A program made the translations under genes and the position numbers. A stretch of 64,000 nt of DNA from the IMG/VR virus record IMGVR_UViG_3300043436_005236, positions 1 to 64,000 of that record, one strand, 5' to 3'. This document shows, piece after piece, positions 20,283-30,918 of this stretch. The notes beneath the pieces are model-generated. The model was not told where the DNA came from. It did not search any database and was given only the letters and a program-made list of their open reading frames with translations. This DNA comes from a virus. Each line of letters begins with the position of its first letter. The stretch's first letter is position 1.

Positions 20283-21965
20283 ATGAATAAAAATATTACA
20301 ATAGTGACCGGTCTTTGGGATTTAGGTAGAGGGGACATGAATGGGTGGGGTAAAAGAGATTTTCAGCACTATAAAGATAAATTTTTTGAACTGCTTGAAA
20401 CAGATTGTCAATTATGTATATGGATTCCAAAAGAATTAGAAGATGAAGTTTTAAAAATTAGAGACAACAAGCCTACTAAGATTTTTATTAAAAATACTGA
20501 AGATTTTGAAGTGTGGAATCCTTTTTTTAATGACATTCAAAAAATTAGAGAAAATAATGATTGGAAAAACTTTGCTGGGTGGTTGCCCGAATCGCCGCAA
20601 GCAGCTTTAAAGTACTACAATCCAATGATGTTCACTAAATTCTTTATGCTGAATGATTCAGCTATTACTAATCCATTTAATAGTGAATATTTCTTTTGGA
20701 TCGATGGAGGATTAACAAATACTGTTAATGAAGGGTATTTTATTCATGATAATGTTTTAGATAATTTAGAGAACTATACTCGCTGTCATAATGATAAATT
20801 TATTCAAATTTCATACCCGTATGAGGGTAATGATGAAATTCATGGGTTTGAAAGAACAGCTATAGCTCGATATTGTAACACAGATTATGTTAATTATGTG
20901 TGTCGTGGTGGTTTTTTTGGTGGTAGTAAGGAAAACGTTCATAAAATGAACCAATCTTATTATTCTATAATGCACGATACATTAAAAGAGGGGCTAATGG
21001 GTGCAGATGAGTGTTTATTTACAATACTCTCCCACAGACATCCAGATTTAATACATAGATTCGAAATTAGCGGCAATGGTTTAGTGTGGCCATTCTTTGA
21101 AGAGCTCCTTAATTATAGTGACGACAAAATAAAGGGTAAAAAAATGCCCCTTGACACCTCAAATACAGCTCTATATGTTATTGGGTTCAACAGTCCAGCA
21201 CAATTTGAAACACTAATAACATCAATGTATTCATATGATGGGGATTTTATTAAAATGCCGAAAAAGTTCCTTTTAAATAATTCAACCGACTTATCAACAA
21301 CAGAAGAATACATCAGGTTGTGCCAAAAACACGGGTTTGAACATATTAAAAAGGATAATTTAGGTATTTGCGGTGGTAGGCAGTGGATAGCAGAGCATGC
21401 CGATGAAGAAGGATTTGACTTTTACTTCTTTTTCGAAGATGATATGTTTTTCTATCCCAAAGAAGGTGAAATATGTAAAAATGGCTTTAACAGACACATA
21501 CCTAATTTATATAAAAGCGCTCTACACATAATTAAACAAAATAATTTTGACTTTTTAAAGTTAAATTTTACAGAATTTTACGGAGATAACAGCACTCAGT
21601 GGTCGTGGTATAATGTACCTCAAAATATTAGGGAAAAATTCTGGCCTAACAACCCAAAATTACCTATTTCCGGTATTGACCCTAATGCCCCGAAAACAAA
21701 GTTCAATTTAATAAACATTTACAATAAAATACCATTTATTACTGGCGAAATATACTATTCTAATTGGCCTCAAGTTGTTTCTAGGCACGGAAACACAAAA
21801 ATGTTTTTAGATACAAAATGGACACACCCACACGAACAAACTTGGATGTCACATATGTTTCAATTGACCAAAGAGGATCAACTTACACCAGGCTTATTAC
21901 TTTTAACACCAACAGAGCATAATAGGTTTGACTTTTACGACGGTAAGTTACGAAAAGAGTGCTAG
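20283..21965 (+). CDS. HtrL/YibB-like glycosyltransferase fused to a GT-A (GT2-like) domain
   Basis: ITIVTGLWDLGR, NPFNSEYFFWIDGG, GGFFGG, ADECLF (HtrL-like); second domain NLGICGGRQW...FFFEDDMF. Confidence 0.7.
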   Translation: MNKNITIVTGLWDLGRGDMNGWGKRDFQHYKDKFFELLETDCQLCIWIPKELEDEVLKIRDNKPTKIFIKNTEDFEVWNPFFNDIQKIRENNDWKNFAGWLPESPQAALKYYNPMMFTKFFMLNDSAITNPFNSEYFFWIDGGLTNTVNEGYFIHDNVLDNLENYTRCHNDKFIQISYPYEGNDEIHGFERTAIARYCNTDYVNYVCRGGFFGGSKENVHKMNQSYYSIMHDTLKEGLMGADECLFTILSHRHPDLIHRFEISGNGLVWPFFEELLNYSDDKIKGKKMPLDTSNTALYVIGFNSPAQFETLITSMYSYDGDFIKMPKKFLLNNSTDLSTTEEYIRLCQKHGFEHIKKDNLGICGGRQWIAEHADEEGFDFYFFFEDDMFFYPKEGEICKNGFNRHIPNLYKSALHIIKQNNFDFLKLNFTEFYGDNSTQWSWYNVPQNIREKFWPNNPKLPISGIDPNAPKTKFNLINIYNKIPFITGEIYYSNWPQVVSRHGNTKMFLDTKWTHPHEQTWMSHMFQLTKEDQLTPGLLLLTPTEHNRFDFYDGKLRKEC

Positions 21966-21990
21966 TTTATTTCTCTGTTAAAGAACAGTG

Positions 21991-23544
21991 CTACTCAACT
22001 GGCGGATAAGGATTATACGGGTCAGTGCCTGCTTGAAACGCTAGCTGGTAGGGGTCTGTTTCGTATGTATATGGTCCAAAATATTCGTCCCATGCTGTGT
22101 CATAACGATAATATTCACTGCATGGATTAGAATAAGTGAATTGAGAAATAGACGGAAACAGGTCATCCCCTGTATAATATCTATCGTACGTGATAGACCG
22201 AGAATCGCCACCGGTTTGATAATTCCAATTGTCAAGTGATGCTTGTATAGTTCCGTACCATGTTCTAACCTCTTCGCCCTCAAGAACTGCAGAGACGCGT
22301 ACCCATGTACTATGTGTTTCATTTCGCGATCTAGATAAAGGGCCAGTGCATACGTTAGTCTCAGAACTCGTTGCCACTCGGTCAGATTCTGCTAATCCGA
22401 AATCTTTCCACGTCCATGTCGTTGTAAAAGAGTTAGGGTTTTGTGTAATATTATAAGTTACATTTTCTATTATTGTATAACTACCACGGTCTGACCAATT
22501 ATACGAATAATTATATGTAGTATAGCATCCTGGCAATCCATTATCCCATGTTCGGTTATCTGCACAAACACCATCTTTATTCGGACCTTCACATATAAAG
22601 GTATCTACCCGCTTTCTAGTTTTATAAAGTGTATTGTTATACCAATATCCAAGAGTCGCACCTCCAATAAAAACCTCATCGGTATTATCAGGACCACCAT
22701 AATTATCGAGATTAAGATCAGAAGGTAAAACCGCGCACATAGACAAAACCTGAGGCGTGGAAGTAGGTGTTGGTGTCTGCGTAAGCGTTTGTGTTGGTGT
22801 TAGTGTAGGTGTTAATGTAGGCGTCTGCGTAGGTGTCTGTGTGGGTGTTAGCGTTGGTGTAAGAGTCGGTGTTAGTGTGGGTGTAAGAGTCGGTGTTAGG
22901 GTGGGTGTCGATGTCTGTGTAGGTGTTAGCGTTGGTGTTTGTGTTAATGTCAGTGTGGGCGTTTGTGTTAGCGTTCGCGTAGGCGTAACAGTGCGTGTAG
23001 GTGTTTGTGTAGGTGTTTGTGTTGGTGTTAGTGTAGGTGTTGGAGTCGGCGTTAGTGTTTGTGTAGGTGTAGGTGTTGGCGTGCCAGTTACTGATGTCTG
23101 GGTTGGTGTTAGTGTAGGTGTTAATGTAGGCGTCTGCGTAGGTGTCTGTGTGGGTGTTAGCGTTGGTGTAAGAGTGGGTGTTAGTGTGGGTGTAAGAGTA
23201 GGTGTTAGCGTCGGTGTCAGTGTAGGTGTTTGTGTTGGTGTTAGCGTTGGTGTTTGCGTTTGAGTCAGTGTAGGTGTTTGAGTAGGCGTAACAGTGCGTG
23301 TAGGTGTCTGTGTCGGTGTTAGCGTTGGTGTTGGCGTCGGCGTAAGACAAGGAACAGACATGTAACATATTTTATCATACTTGTAGATATAGATAGTATA
23401 AACTCCTTCAATTACGCTTGATGTATACGTATAAGGTAATACCACATCACCAATAACAACCTGTGATGTATTAATACACGGATCGAAGAGAATATTAGCT
23501 GCTTCGCCCTCAAAGTTATTAGAAGTTATTATTACCGTTTTCAT
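21991..23544 (-). CDS. Mucin-like protein: small N-terminal domain, ~200-aa Thr-Pro stalk, Cys/aromatic-rich C-terminal domain
   Basis: (TPTL/TPTQ)n tract; C-terminal domain with several Cys and many Trp/Tyr; TAAATA at 23574-23579. Confidence 0.75.
   Translation of the reverse strand: MKTVIITSNNFEGEAANILFDPCINTSQVVIGDVVLPYTYTSSVIEGVYTIYIYKYDKICYMSVPCLTPTPTPTLTPTQTPTRTVTPTQTPTLTQTQTPTLTPTQTPTLTPTLTPTLTPTLTPTLTPTLTPTQTPTQTPTLTPTLTPTQTSVTGTPTPTPTQTLTPTPTPTLTPTQTPTQTPTRTVTPTRTLTQTPTLTLTQTPTLTPTQTSTPTLTPTLTPTLTPTLTPTLTPTQTPTQTPTLTPTLTPTQTLTQTPTPTSTPQVLSMCAVLPSDLNLDNYGGPDNTDEVFIGGATLGYWYNNTLYKTRKRVDTFICEGPNKDGVCADNRTWDNGLPGCYTTYNYSYNWSDRGSYTIIENVTYNITQNPNSFTTTWTWKDFGLAESDRVATSSETNVCTGPLSRSRNETHSTWVRVSAVLEGEEVRTWYGTIQASLDNWNYQTGGDSRSITYDRYYTGDDLFPSISQFTYSNPCSEYYRYDTAWDEYFGPYTYETDPYQLAFQAGTDPYNPYPPVE
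22750..23345 (-). repeat. Thr-Pro repeat tract (TPT[L/Q/R])n
   Basis: Degenerate 6/12-bp period; 74-bp identical blocks at 22793-22866 and 23102-23175. Confidence 0.95.
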
Positions 23545-23599
23545 TATACGTATTTTCTAAACCACGTTGTTGTTATTTAATCATTAGGTAGGAGTATAA

Positions 23600-26563
23600 T
23601 TACGTTACAACCATCCCATTGCTGTATGTACCTTCTGGTGTATGTACTGTTTCAAAGTACGGAGTTTTCCAATCAGATTTTAAGTAACAAGCAAGAGCTC
23701 CACTAGGTCCAGCGGTATTAGCAGCCGCGGTAATTTCCCATCCAATATCAGTCATTTTCATAATAACAGAACCTATGTTCGGGCAGGGATCTCCTGCACT
23801 GTTGTAAGCGGCGAAGTTTCCATTCCACGCACAACTACCCAGTTCGCGGTACACTCGTACGCTGTAAGATCTAGCAAAATATGGTGGATTGTCTGTCCAG
23901 CTAACAGTATATTGAGAGTTGAAGAAATCATAAACATAACCCGCAATAAGATGAGTTTGGAAAGTTTCTACACCATCGCGGTAAACTGCCCAGCCTCCAG
24001 ATCGGAGGAACACACCATTGAAGCCCTCGCCGTAACCAAGGCCAAGACCCGGTAATATTACCTTTTCTCTGACTACACCACCTGAAAGCGGTGTAAGTAA
24101 CCCAACCGCAGAAGGTAAATGATCGTATTCTGCAGTCCATTGAACATAGCCAGCTGTTTCATCATCTGGATCCGGATACAGTGGAACAGAATAACCAGGG
24201 TACCAACCACAATTCTCTAACACCGGCGTCGGCGCTGGTGTAGCAGTATACGTCGGTGTCGGCGTCGGTGTTTCTGTTAATGTCGGAGTTGGTGTCGGTG
24301 CTTCTGTTAATGTCGGTGTTGGCGTCAGCGTTGGTGCTGGTGTTTCTGTTAATGTAGGAGTTGGCGTCGGCGTCGGCGTCGGTGTCGGCGTCGGTGTTTC
24401 TGTTAATGTCGGAGTTGGCGTCGGTGTCGGCGTCGGTGTTTCTGTTAATGTAGGAGTTAGCGTCGGTGTTTGTGTTAATGTCAGTGTAGGCGTTTGTGTT
24501 TGTGTTCGTGTGGGTGTAACAGTGCGCGTAGGCGTCATCGTAGGTGTAACAGTACGCGTAACTGTTTGAGTCGGTGTTAGTGTAGGTGTCGGCGTCGGTG
24601 TTTCTGTTAGTGTTGGTGTTGGGGTTGGGGTCGGAGTACCAGTTACAGAGGTTTGCGTAGGTGTGAGGGTAGGTGTTAATGTCTGTGTAGGTGTTGATGT
24701 CCGTGTGGGTGTTTGAGTAAGTGTTAGTGTAGGTGTCTGAGTGAGCGTCAGTGTAGGTGTTAGCGTCGGTGTTAGTGTAGGTGTTTGTGTTGGTGTTAGC
24801 GTTGGTGTTTGTGTTAATGTCAGTGTAGGCGTTTGTGTTTGTGTTTGTGTAGGTGTAACAGTACGCGTAGGCGTCATCGTAGGTGTAACAGTACGCGTAA
24901 CTGTTTGTGTTAACGTTGGTGTCTGTGTTAATGTAGGAGTTGGCGTCGGTGTCGGCGTCGGTGTTTCTGTTAATGTAGGTGTTTGTGTTGGTGTTAGCGT
25001 TGGTGTTAGCGTTGGTGTTTGTGTTTGTGTTTGTGTAGGTGTAACAGTACGCGTAGGTGTTTGTGTAGGCGTAACAGTGCGCGTAGGTGTAGGTGTTGGC
25101 GTGCCAGTTACTGATGTCTGAGTGAGCGTCAGTGTAGGTGTTGATGTCCGTGTAGGTGTTAATGTCCGTGTGGGTGTTTGAGTAAGTGTTAGTGTAGGTG
25201 TCTGAGTGAGCGTCAGTGTAGGTGTTTGTGTAGGCGTAACAGTGCGCGTAACTGTTTGTGTTAGTGTAGGTGTAGCTGTTGATGTTGATGTTTGTGTCGG
25301 TGTCGGTGTCAATATAACAGGTTCAAAATCGCAAGTTATGTTTGTAAGCGTTGGCGTAGCTGTAGGTGTTTGTGTAGGTGTCTGTGTAGGTGTTAGCGTT
25401 GGTGTTTGTGTTGGTGTTTGTGTTGGTGTTTGTGTTGGTGTTTGCGTTGGCGTCCGTGTAGGTGTAACAGTGCGCGTAGGCGTCATCGTAGGTGTAACAG
25501 TACGCGTAGGTGTCATAGTAGGCGTAACAGTCTGTGTTGGCGTAGGCGGCGGTGTTGTTCCAACAGTAGCAGTTTGCGTAGCTGTCGGAGTTACTGTCTG
25601 CGTTACCGTCTGCGTTAGCGTTGGTGTTTGCGTCGGTGTTAGCGTTGGTGTTTGCGTCGGTGTTAATGTTGGTGTTTGTGTTGGAGTTGGTGTCTGTGTT
25701 AGTGTCGGTGTTAATGTTTGCGTTAGCGTTGGTGTCAGCGTTAGTGTTGGTGTTGGCGTAGCAGTACTTGTTACAGTAGGTGTAGGTGTAGGAGCAGGCA
25801 GAACAGAAATAGCTGTAAAGCTCGTAGCGCTCCCCCTCGTATTACCTACCAAAACAGTATATGTAGTGTTTATTAAAGGGGAAACTACATACATACCACA
25901 TAGTGGTATGTTTCTCGTCGAAAAATCACCACGAGCAATCTCTGCATTTATACTCTTCCATGAAAGGATAGCCGAACCTCCATATTCGATTACTGGTCGC
26001 GATGTAAAGAGCTCTACTTCTGGTAAAAGCTTAACAGGTACATTGCTTAAAGAACCTACATATGTTTGCCTGTTATTATTTCCTTCAAAATTAAAAAAAG
26101 TAAAATTACCTTCTGAAGGAATAATTTGCGTGTTTATTATATCAAAATTTCCTATTTCGTCATAAAAGGAATTTTGAAATATGTTAATAGGCTGAATTAT
26201 ACCAACTGTCGCGCCATTATTATATACAAAAAGAAATTGTGCTGTTAGAGGCGCGTTATAACTACTCAACGTATTGTAATATCTATGTGTATACTGAGTC
26301 GCAATACTACCACCTATTTTACCGTTTACGATTTCATTAAAAATAGACTGCTCTTTATAGTCAAAAATAAGATCCTTTTGAAAAAACTCCTTACTACCAT
26401 CCCCCCAGTCGATTTTCAAAAACAAAACATCATATGACTCTTCATTTACCCCTGTTAAAACAAAATTTACAGCAGAGCTGCCTTTTATATCGAGCGGTGC
26501 CTTAAAAATAACATTGCTACCCTCTACAACAGGTAAGTCGTAATAGATATTAGCGTAATTCAT
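23600..26563 (-). CDS. Mucin-like virion protein: PKD/Ig-like N-terminus, ~520-aa Thr-Pro stalk, Cys-containing C-terminal domain
   Basis: IDWGDGS (PKD-like), [13 protein letters not shown]...TTYTV (Ig-like); [16 protein letters not shown] repeats; coupled to the 1450-aa gene. Confidence 0.75.
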   Translation of the reverse strand: MNYANIYYDLPVVEGSNVIFKAPLDIKGSSAVNFVLTGVNEESYDVLFLKIDWGDGSKEFFQKDLIFDYKEQSIFNEIVNGKIGGSIATQYTHRYYNTLSSYNAPLTAQFLFVYNNGATVGIIQPINIFQNSFYDEIGNFDIINTQIIPSEGNFTFFNFEGNNNRQTYVGSLSNVPVKLLPEVELFTSRPVIEYGGSAILSWKSINAEIARGDFSTRNIPLCGMYVVSPLINTTYTVLVGNTRGSATSFTAISVLPAPTPTPTVTSTATPTPTLTLTPTLTQTLTPTLTQTPTPTQTPTLTPTQTPTLTPTQTPTLTQTVTQTVTPTATQTATVGTTPPPTPTQTVTPTMTPTRTVTPTMTPTRTVTPTRTPTQTPTQTPTQTPTQTPTLTPTQTPTQTPTATPTLTNITCDFEPVILTPTPTQTSTSTATPTLTQTVTRTVTPTQTPTLTLTQTPTLTLTQTPTRTLTPTRTSTPTLTLTQTSVTGTPTPTPTRTVTPTQTPTRTVTPTQTQTQTPTLTPTLTPTQTPTLTETPTPTPTPTPTLTQTPTLTQTVTRTVTPTMTPTRTVTPTQTQTQTPTLTLTQTPTLTPTQTPTLTPTLTPTLTLTQTPTLTLTQTPTRTSTPTQTLTPTLTPTQTSVTGTPTPTPTPTLTETPTPTPTLTPTQTVTRTVTPTMTPTRTVTPTRTQTQTPTLTLTQTPTLTPTLTETPTPTPTPTPTLTETPTPTPTPTPTPTPTLTETPAPTLTPTPTLTEAPTPTPTLTETPTPTPTYTATPAPTPVLENCGWYPGYSVPLYPDPDDETAGYVQWTAEYDHLPSAVGLLTPLSGGVVREKVILPGLGLGYGEGFNGVFLRSGGWAVYRDGVETFQTHLIAGYVYDFFNSQYTVSWTDNPPYFARSYSVRVYRELGSCAWNGNFAAYNSAGDPCPNIGSVIMKMTDIGWEITAAANTAGPSGALACYLKSDWKTPYFETVHTPEGTYSNGMVVT
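24225..25800 (-). repeat. Thr-Pro repeat tract with higher-order duplicated blocks
   Basis: Repeated [18 protein letters not shown] and LTETPTPTP units; 38 bp at 25083-25120 identical to 23063-23100 in the neighbouring gene. Confidence 0.95.
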
Positions 26564-29500
26564 AGGACAAAGCTTCCATTATTTATAATAGCAGTGCCGA
26601 TAATGCTATATGAAGAGAGAAACACTGTAGAAGTAGAATAAAAATCAGAAGTTCGTATTGTTTTATCGTGTTTAAAGTATTTACCTGACTCAAACTCTAC
26701 ATCGCCGTTATTATTAATAAAAAACGCGTAATCAAACAAGTGAAACAGGTTGTTATTGTCAACACCTATAAAAGTTATCTTATATGTATCATTATAACTA
26801 TTGTATACCAGTTGCGGCTTGTGAATACCGACAATATTAAAATTACAATCTTCTGTAAAGCTAGATTGAAGTGAAAATAGTGTTGAGAGACTTTGATTTC
26901 GCGAATCTAACGGGAATAGCTTCTGATATGTGTTGTCTTTTATGTTATATTGATAAATGGATGGTATAAGTGCTTTATTGTTACCAGCAGAAGTATACGC
27001 AACCCCGGTATAGACTACAAAAGTATCTTCTTTTTGAGTAGTTTCAACCGTATAATCGTCATAATCATAAAACGCAAATATACCATCATCATTTTGCGTT
27101 GTAATTGGTATTTCTATTTGTGTTTCGATAGCACCCGAACCACCTGTAGTAGCTAATTCATAATCTACCATATACATAAATGGTGAAACAATGCAGAAAG
27201 TTATTGTTTTATCTTCTTCATTAAAGAATCGATTAGAAAACCTACTTATTGGCGAGTCAGGTAATAGCTTAAACACAGTATTTTTTGTGCTTGGAGGTGA
27301 ATAGTTATTATCCTCATAATGTATTTTATCAAATATAAGATAATTTTCTGTTTCAATAATAATTGTATCGTATACTACATCAAAATCTTTCGGTGTATGG
27401 TAAATTTCTGCTTTTATATTTTGTGAGTATTTATTAAACACAATGCTCAGTGATGTAGATAGAGGAAGCGAAAGGGAATGCGCCTGATTTTTAACAAATA
27501 GCTTACCTTCAAGAGATTTTTTAACTGTTTGTGATAGATATCCACTTTGTGAAGATAGAGGCGACAGTTTTGTTTTTGAAGACTCAGCAACCACATCGTA
27601 TAAATAATAATTACTGCCATATTTATAATCGTTGGTAAGTGTAAGATCATCTGTAAAATATCCACAATCATAATCTTCCACATTACGACTTGATAACATA
27701 GACCGTACATTTATTGTAAAATCGGCGTTTGTCTGCTCCGTTTCAATAGCAAAACCTGACTGCGCCAGTATATCCTCTAACGACAATTCATCAGTAATAT
27801 ATTCAAATGTTGGTATTGTAGAGGATGTTCTTGCTAGCCCACCCTCTGCGAGGGTTGAATAAAAGTAATTTTTCGGAGAAGGGTAATCTTTTTCATCCGC
27901 ATGCAACGGATCAGGCAATGCATCACTATCTAAAAAGGTAAACCTACCACCATCCCGAAATGCCGCTGCAATATTCCGCGCAGCTTGTGAGAAATCTTGA
28001 TAGGGTAAAAATTCTCTAAAATAAAGTGTAAGGGGCGATCCGGACAGTGTAAAGGTAGGCGCGTTATTGAAGTTGACCGTCAGCGCTGAAATTCCTGTAC
28101 GTATAGTGCTACCACTTATATCATCTGTATTATAATTAAAATTATACCCCTCGTTAACATCATAAAAAACATGACCATCTATTAAATTGTTAACGATTTT
28201 AGCATCAGCTACTTCACTTATTTCTCTAAATGTTTGACCAAACTGATCTTTAAATAGTGCATACTCATTACCATAAATATCATACTGTACTTTAGTTATA
28301 TAACCGCGATTATACAAATCAGAAAAATTTAAATTAAGGCTAGTCTCATCAACGATTGTTTTTTCTATATTTTGTTCACGCGCATAATACGGTGTAAACG
28401 TCTGCTCACTTGTACTTACAAGCGGGTCACCCTGCGCAAATCCGAGTGAAGACGTAGCTACATCCGATCTATAATCTTCAATAAATACTATTGGATAATC
28501 AGGCTGTGAATTTATCGATACATTACCGTAAACAGCAGGATCAGGGAAGATATATATCTTTTGTTCTGTTAGTTTATCAGGGTTAATTGAATATGTAGAA
28601 TTATTGCTGTTAAGTTGAAAAAGACCTGTTTTATCCGGCTTAAAGAAAAGGCCTATATTACGAAGCATGTTAACTGATTCCTTTAATCGGGGCGATAACT
28701 TTGTATTAAAAGACGAGACAACACCACCTGCACCACCACCTGCACCGCCACCTAACCCGCTTACTCCACCACCTGCACCACCACCTAACCCGCTTACTCC
28801 ACCACCTGCACCTAAACCGCCACCTAGCCCGCTTACTCCACCACCTGCACCTAAGCCGCCACCTAAACCACCAATATTATTAGAAACAAAAGCAGTAGGT
28901 ATATAATTATTATTTGTATTAATACCTAACGCGCTCTGTACATTAGAATTATTAACATTTGTTCCAGGAATAATAGTACCTAGCGGACTACCACTTTGTA
29001 TCCCTGCATAATCACCTCCTATATAAGGTATACCGACATTTATAGTTTCAACACCTTGTGAACCAACACCTGGACTGCCTGCTCCCGAACCACCACCTAC
29101 AAATCCATCAAACCCTAATGTTCCATTTAGCGCGTTATAATCTGAATTATTAATATTGTTAAGATTTAGATCCTGATTGTTTATCGCTATAGGGTCTAGA
29201 TTTACCACTTCACCGTTTATTCCTACGAATTGATCTATATAGTCTATATCAGGTTGAATCTGCGCTGGTGTTGTAGGTGTATTAGGCAGCTGTAAGTTAG
29301 GTATATTTGCCCATGGCTGCTCTGCTTTAAAAAGAATTCCTGTTACAGGTTGCGTCCCTGTTGTATCAATATAATGAAAATCAACTCCGATATATTTTGA
29401 TATTAATTTGCGTTTAAGTTCAGCTAACTCATCAGAAGGTATTCCATCTTTTAATTCCTGATCCTGTCTAATCAAATCAATAGGGTTAGCAGGATCACAA

Positions 29501-30912
29501 ACCGGGTCATATTGCAAAACAATATTAGCGAGCAGCGGCAAATCTTGCAAGAAAGCAGCACTACCAAACACAGCCGCGTAACTATCATCTGGAAAATATA
29601 ATCTCGGGTCAATAGCATTTATATTTGAGGTATATATTTCGTCTCTAAGAGGCTGTAAGCTTAGTAAATCATTAGGGTTAAACGATATACCTATGCTACT
29701 ATTACTACCTACGCCAGCGCTCGTACTTGTACCTACCCCCGTACCTATACCGCTACCCAACCCTGTACCCGTACCGCCCAAACCACCTGCTCCTACACCG
29801 CCACCTAACCCCGTACCTGTACCTGTACCGCTACCCAACCCTGTACTCGTACCACCTGCTCCTACACCGCCACCTAACCCTGTACCTGTATCACCCAAAC
29901 CACCTGCCCCTACACCTAACCCCGTACCCGTACCACCGCCTACCCCTCCACCTATACCTATATTACCCAAACCACCTGTACCTACTCCACCTGTACCCGC
30001 CCCTGCATTAGTTGTATCAATACCAATAAGTGTATTGTTCACGACACCTGCACCTATTTGCGCTGCAACACCTAAGCCAGTTGTGGGGTTAATTACCCCA
30101 CTCGATATAGTTGGTTGAATTTTTATGCCATTGCCTGAAAACTTAACACCGTCTACCGACTTGTTAATAACTTCCTCAGTAGAATTATTATATGAAAAAT
30201 ATAAATTGTTAATTTCCTTTGTTGATAAAATATCACCATCACGACTAATAATATTACTAGCAAGATTCTTTGCTTGTGTGTCAGGTTTAAAAACCTGTGG
30301 TATATCAAAATAGTTACCATACACATCGACAAACTCATCTATTGAAATTTTTAAATTAGTTTTGAGTGATGAAAGCGTCAAGCCTAAACTTTGATATAAA
30401 GCAGAATCCTGCGCTGAAAATACATACTCATATATCTTTTCAAATATTATCTTTTCAAGAGACTGCCGAGTACCTTTTTGTTTGTTTCTATCTATTACAA
30501 ACTTTACATCATCTCTTTTTTCTTTATAAAATAATATAACCTGTCTAATCTTCTCAGTAAAGAACGGTATAGCAACATCGAGATCGGCAGGATCAGTAAA
30601 GTCAAGATTGTTTAAAAAGCGTTGTTCCTGCTTTGTTGTAAATGTTAGTGTAATTTCCTTTAAAAAATTAATGTAAATTTCTGAAAATAGTTGTGTTGTT
30701 TCGCCTACTCTCTGCTTAATTTCTGTCCACTCTTTAAGATATGCTAAATAAAATTGATTATACTGCTCCGGGCTATAATCAACATGCGTTAAAGTAATAA
30801 ATTCAAGAAATGAAAACGGTTTAATATTATCTTTGACGATGGATACATCTACTTGTGGATTTGTAATTGAATCCGGTATAATATTTGTATTATATATAAT
30901 TACTTCAGACAT
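26560..30912 (-). CDS. Large virion/baseplate-associated protein with Gly-rich insertions
   Basis: 1450 aa in the baseplate block; globular segments interrupted by [12 protein letters not shown] and [11 protein letters not shown] tracts; TAAATA 7 nt before the ATG. Confidence 0.6.
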   Translation of the reverse strand: MSEVIIYNTNIIPDSITNPQVDVSIVKDNIKPFSFLEFITLTHVDYSPEQYNQFYLAYLKEWTEIKQRVGETTQLFSEIYINFLKEITLTFTTKQEQRFLNNLDFTDPADLDVAIPFFTEKIRQVILFYKEKRDDVKFVIDRNKQKGTRQSLEKIIFEKIYEYVFSAQDSALYQSLGLTLSSLKTNLKISIDEFVDVYGNYFDIPQVFKPDTQAKNLASNIISRDGDILSTKEINNLYFSYNNSTEEVINKSVDGVKFSGNGIKIQPTISSGVINPTTGLGVAAQIGAGVVNNTLIGIDTTNAGAGTGGVGTGGLGNIGIGGGVGGGTGTGLGVGAGGLGDTGTGLGGGVGAGGTSTGLGSGTGTGTGLGGGVGAGGLGGTGTGLGSGIGTGVGTSTSAGVGSNSSIGISFNPNDLLSLQPLRDEIYTSNINAIDPRLYFPDDSYAAVFGSAAFLQDLPLLANIVLQYDPVCDPANPIDLIRQDQELKDGIPSDELAELKRKLISKYIGVDFHYIDTTGTQPVTGILFKAEQPWANIPNLQLPNTPTTPAQIQPDIDYIDQFVGINGEVVNLDPIAINNQDLNLNNINNSDYNALNGTLGFDGFVGGGSGAGSPGVGSQGVETINVGIPYIGGDYAGIQSGSPLGTIIPGTNVNNSNVQSALGINTNNNYIPTAFVSNNIGGLGGGLGAGGGVSGLGGGLGAGGGVSGLGGGAGGGVSGLGGGAGGGAGGVVSSFNTKLSPRLKESVNMLRNIGLFFKPDKTGLFQLNSNNSTYSINPDKLTEQKIYIFPDPAVYGNVSINSQPDYPIVFIEDYRSDVATSSLGFAQGDPLVSTSEQTFTPYYAREQNIEKTIVDETSLNLNFSDLYNRGYITKVQYDIYGNEYALFKDQFGQTFREISEVADAKIVNNLIDGHVFYDVNEGYNFNYNTDDISGSTIRTGISALTVNFNNAPTFTLSGSPLTLYFREFLPYQDFSQAARNIAAAFRDGGRFTFLDSDALPDPLHADEKDYPSPKNYFYSTLAEGGLARTSSTIPTFEYITDELSLEDILAQSGFAIETEQTNADFTINVRSMLSSRNVEDYDCGYFTDDLTLTNDYKYGSNYYLYDVVAESSKTKLSPLSSQSGYLSQTVKKSLEGKLFVKNQAHSLSLPLSTSLSIVFNKYSQNIKAEIYHTPKDFDVVYDTIIIETENYLIFDKIHYEDNNYSPPSTKNTVFKLLPDSPISRFSNRFFNEEDKTITFCIVSPFMYMVDYELATTGGSGAIETQIEIPITTQNDDGIFAFYDYDDYTVETTQKEDTFVVYTGVAYTSAGNNKALIPSIYQYNIKDNTYQKLFPLDSRNQSLSTLFSLQSSFTEDCNFNIVGIHKPQLVYNSYNDTYKITFIGVDNNNLFHLFDYAFFINNNGDVEFESGKYFKHDKTIRTSDFYSTSTVFLSSYSIIGTAIINNGSFVL
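28720..28872 (-). repeat. Gly-rich tandem repeat (33-39 bp units)
   Basis: Repeated cccgcttactccaccacctgcacc units. Confidence 0.85.
29690..30010 (-). repeat. Gly/Thr-rich repeat tract
   Basis: Repeated accacctgctcctacaccgccacctaaccc and ccgtacc units. Confidence 0.85.
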
Positions 30913-30918
30913 TATAGT

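Noticed and set aside
16813-21965. GT operon as a DNA hypermodification system
   Set aside because: The families are protein/glycan-acting types, no base-modifying partner genes are nearby, and the promoter is late type; not formally excluded.
22750-25800. Possible CRISPR array or telomere-like GT-rich repeat
   Set aside because: No constant repeat with unique spacers; variation is codon-phased inside long ORFs.
22718-26165. Alternative-frame ORFs of [14 protein letters not shown] or CWCL repeats
   Set aside because: Shadows of the Thr-Pro codon repeats; no promoter or independent coding signal.
28667-30118. Pro-rich plus-strand ORFs (28667..28906, 29693..30118)
   Set aside because: Antisense of the Gly-rich tracts.
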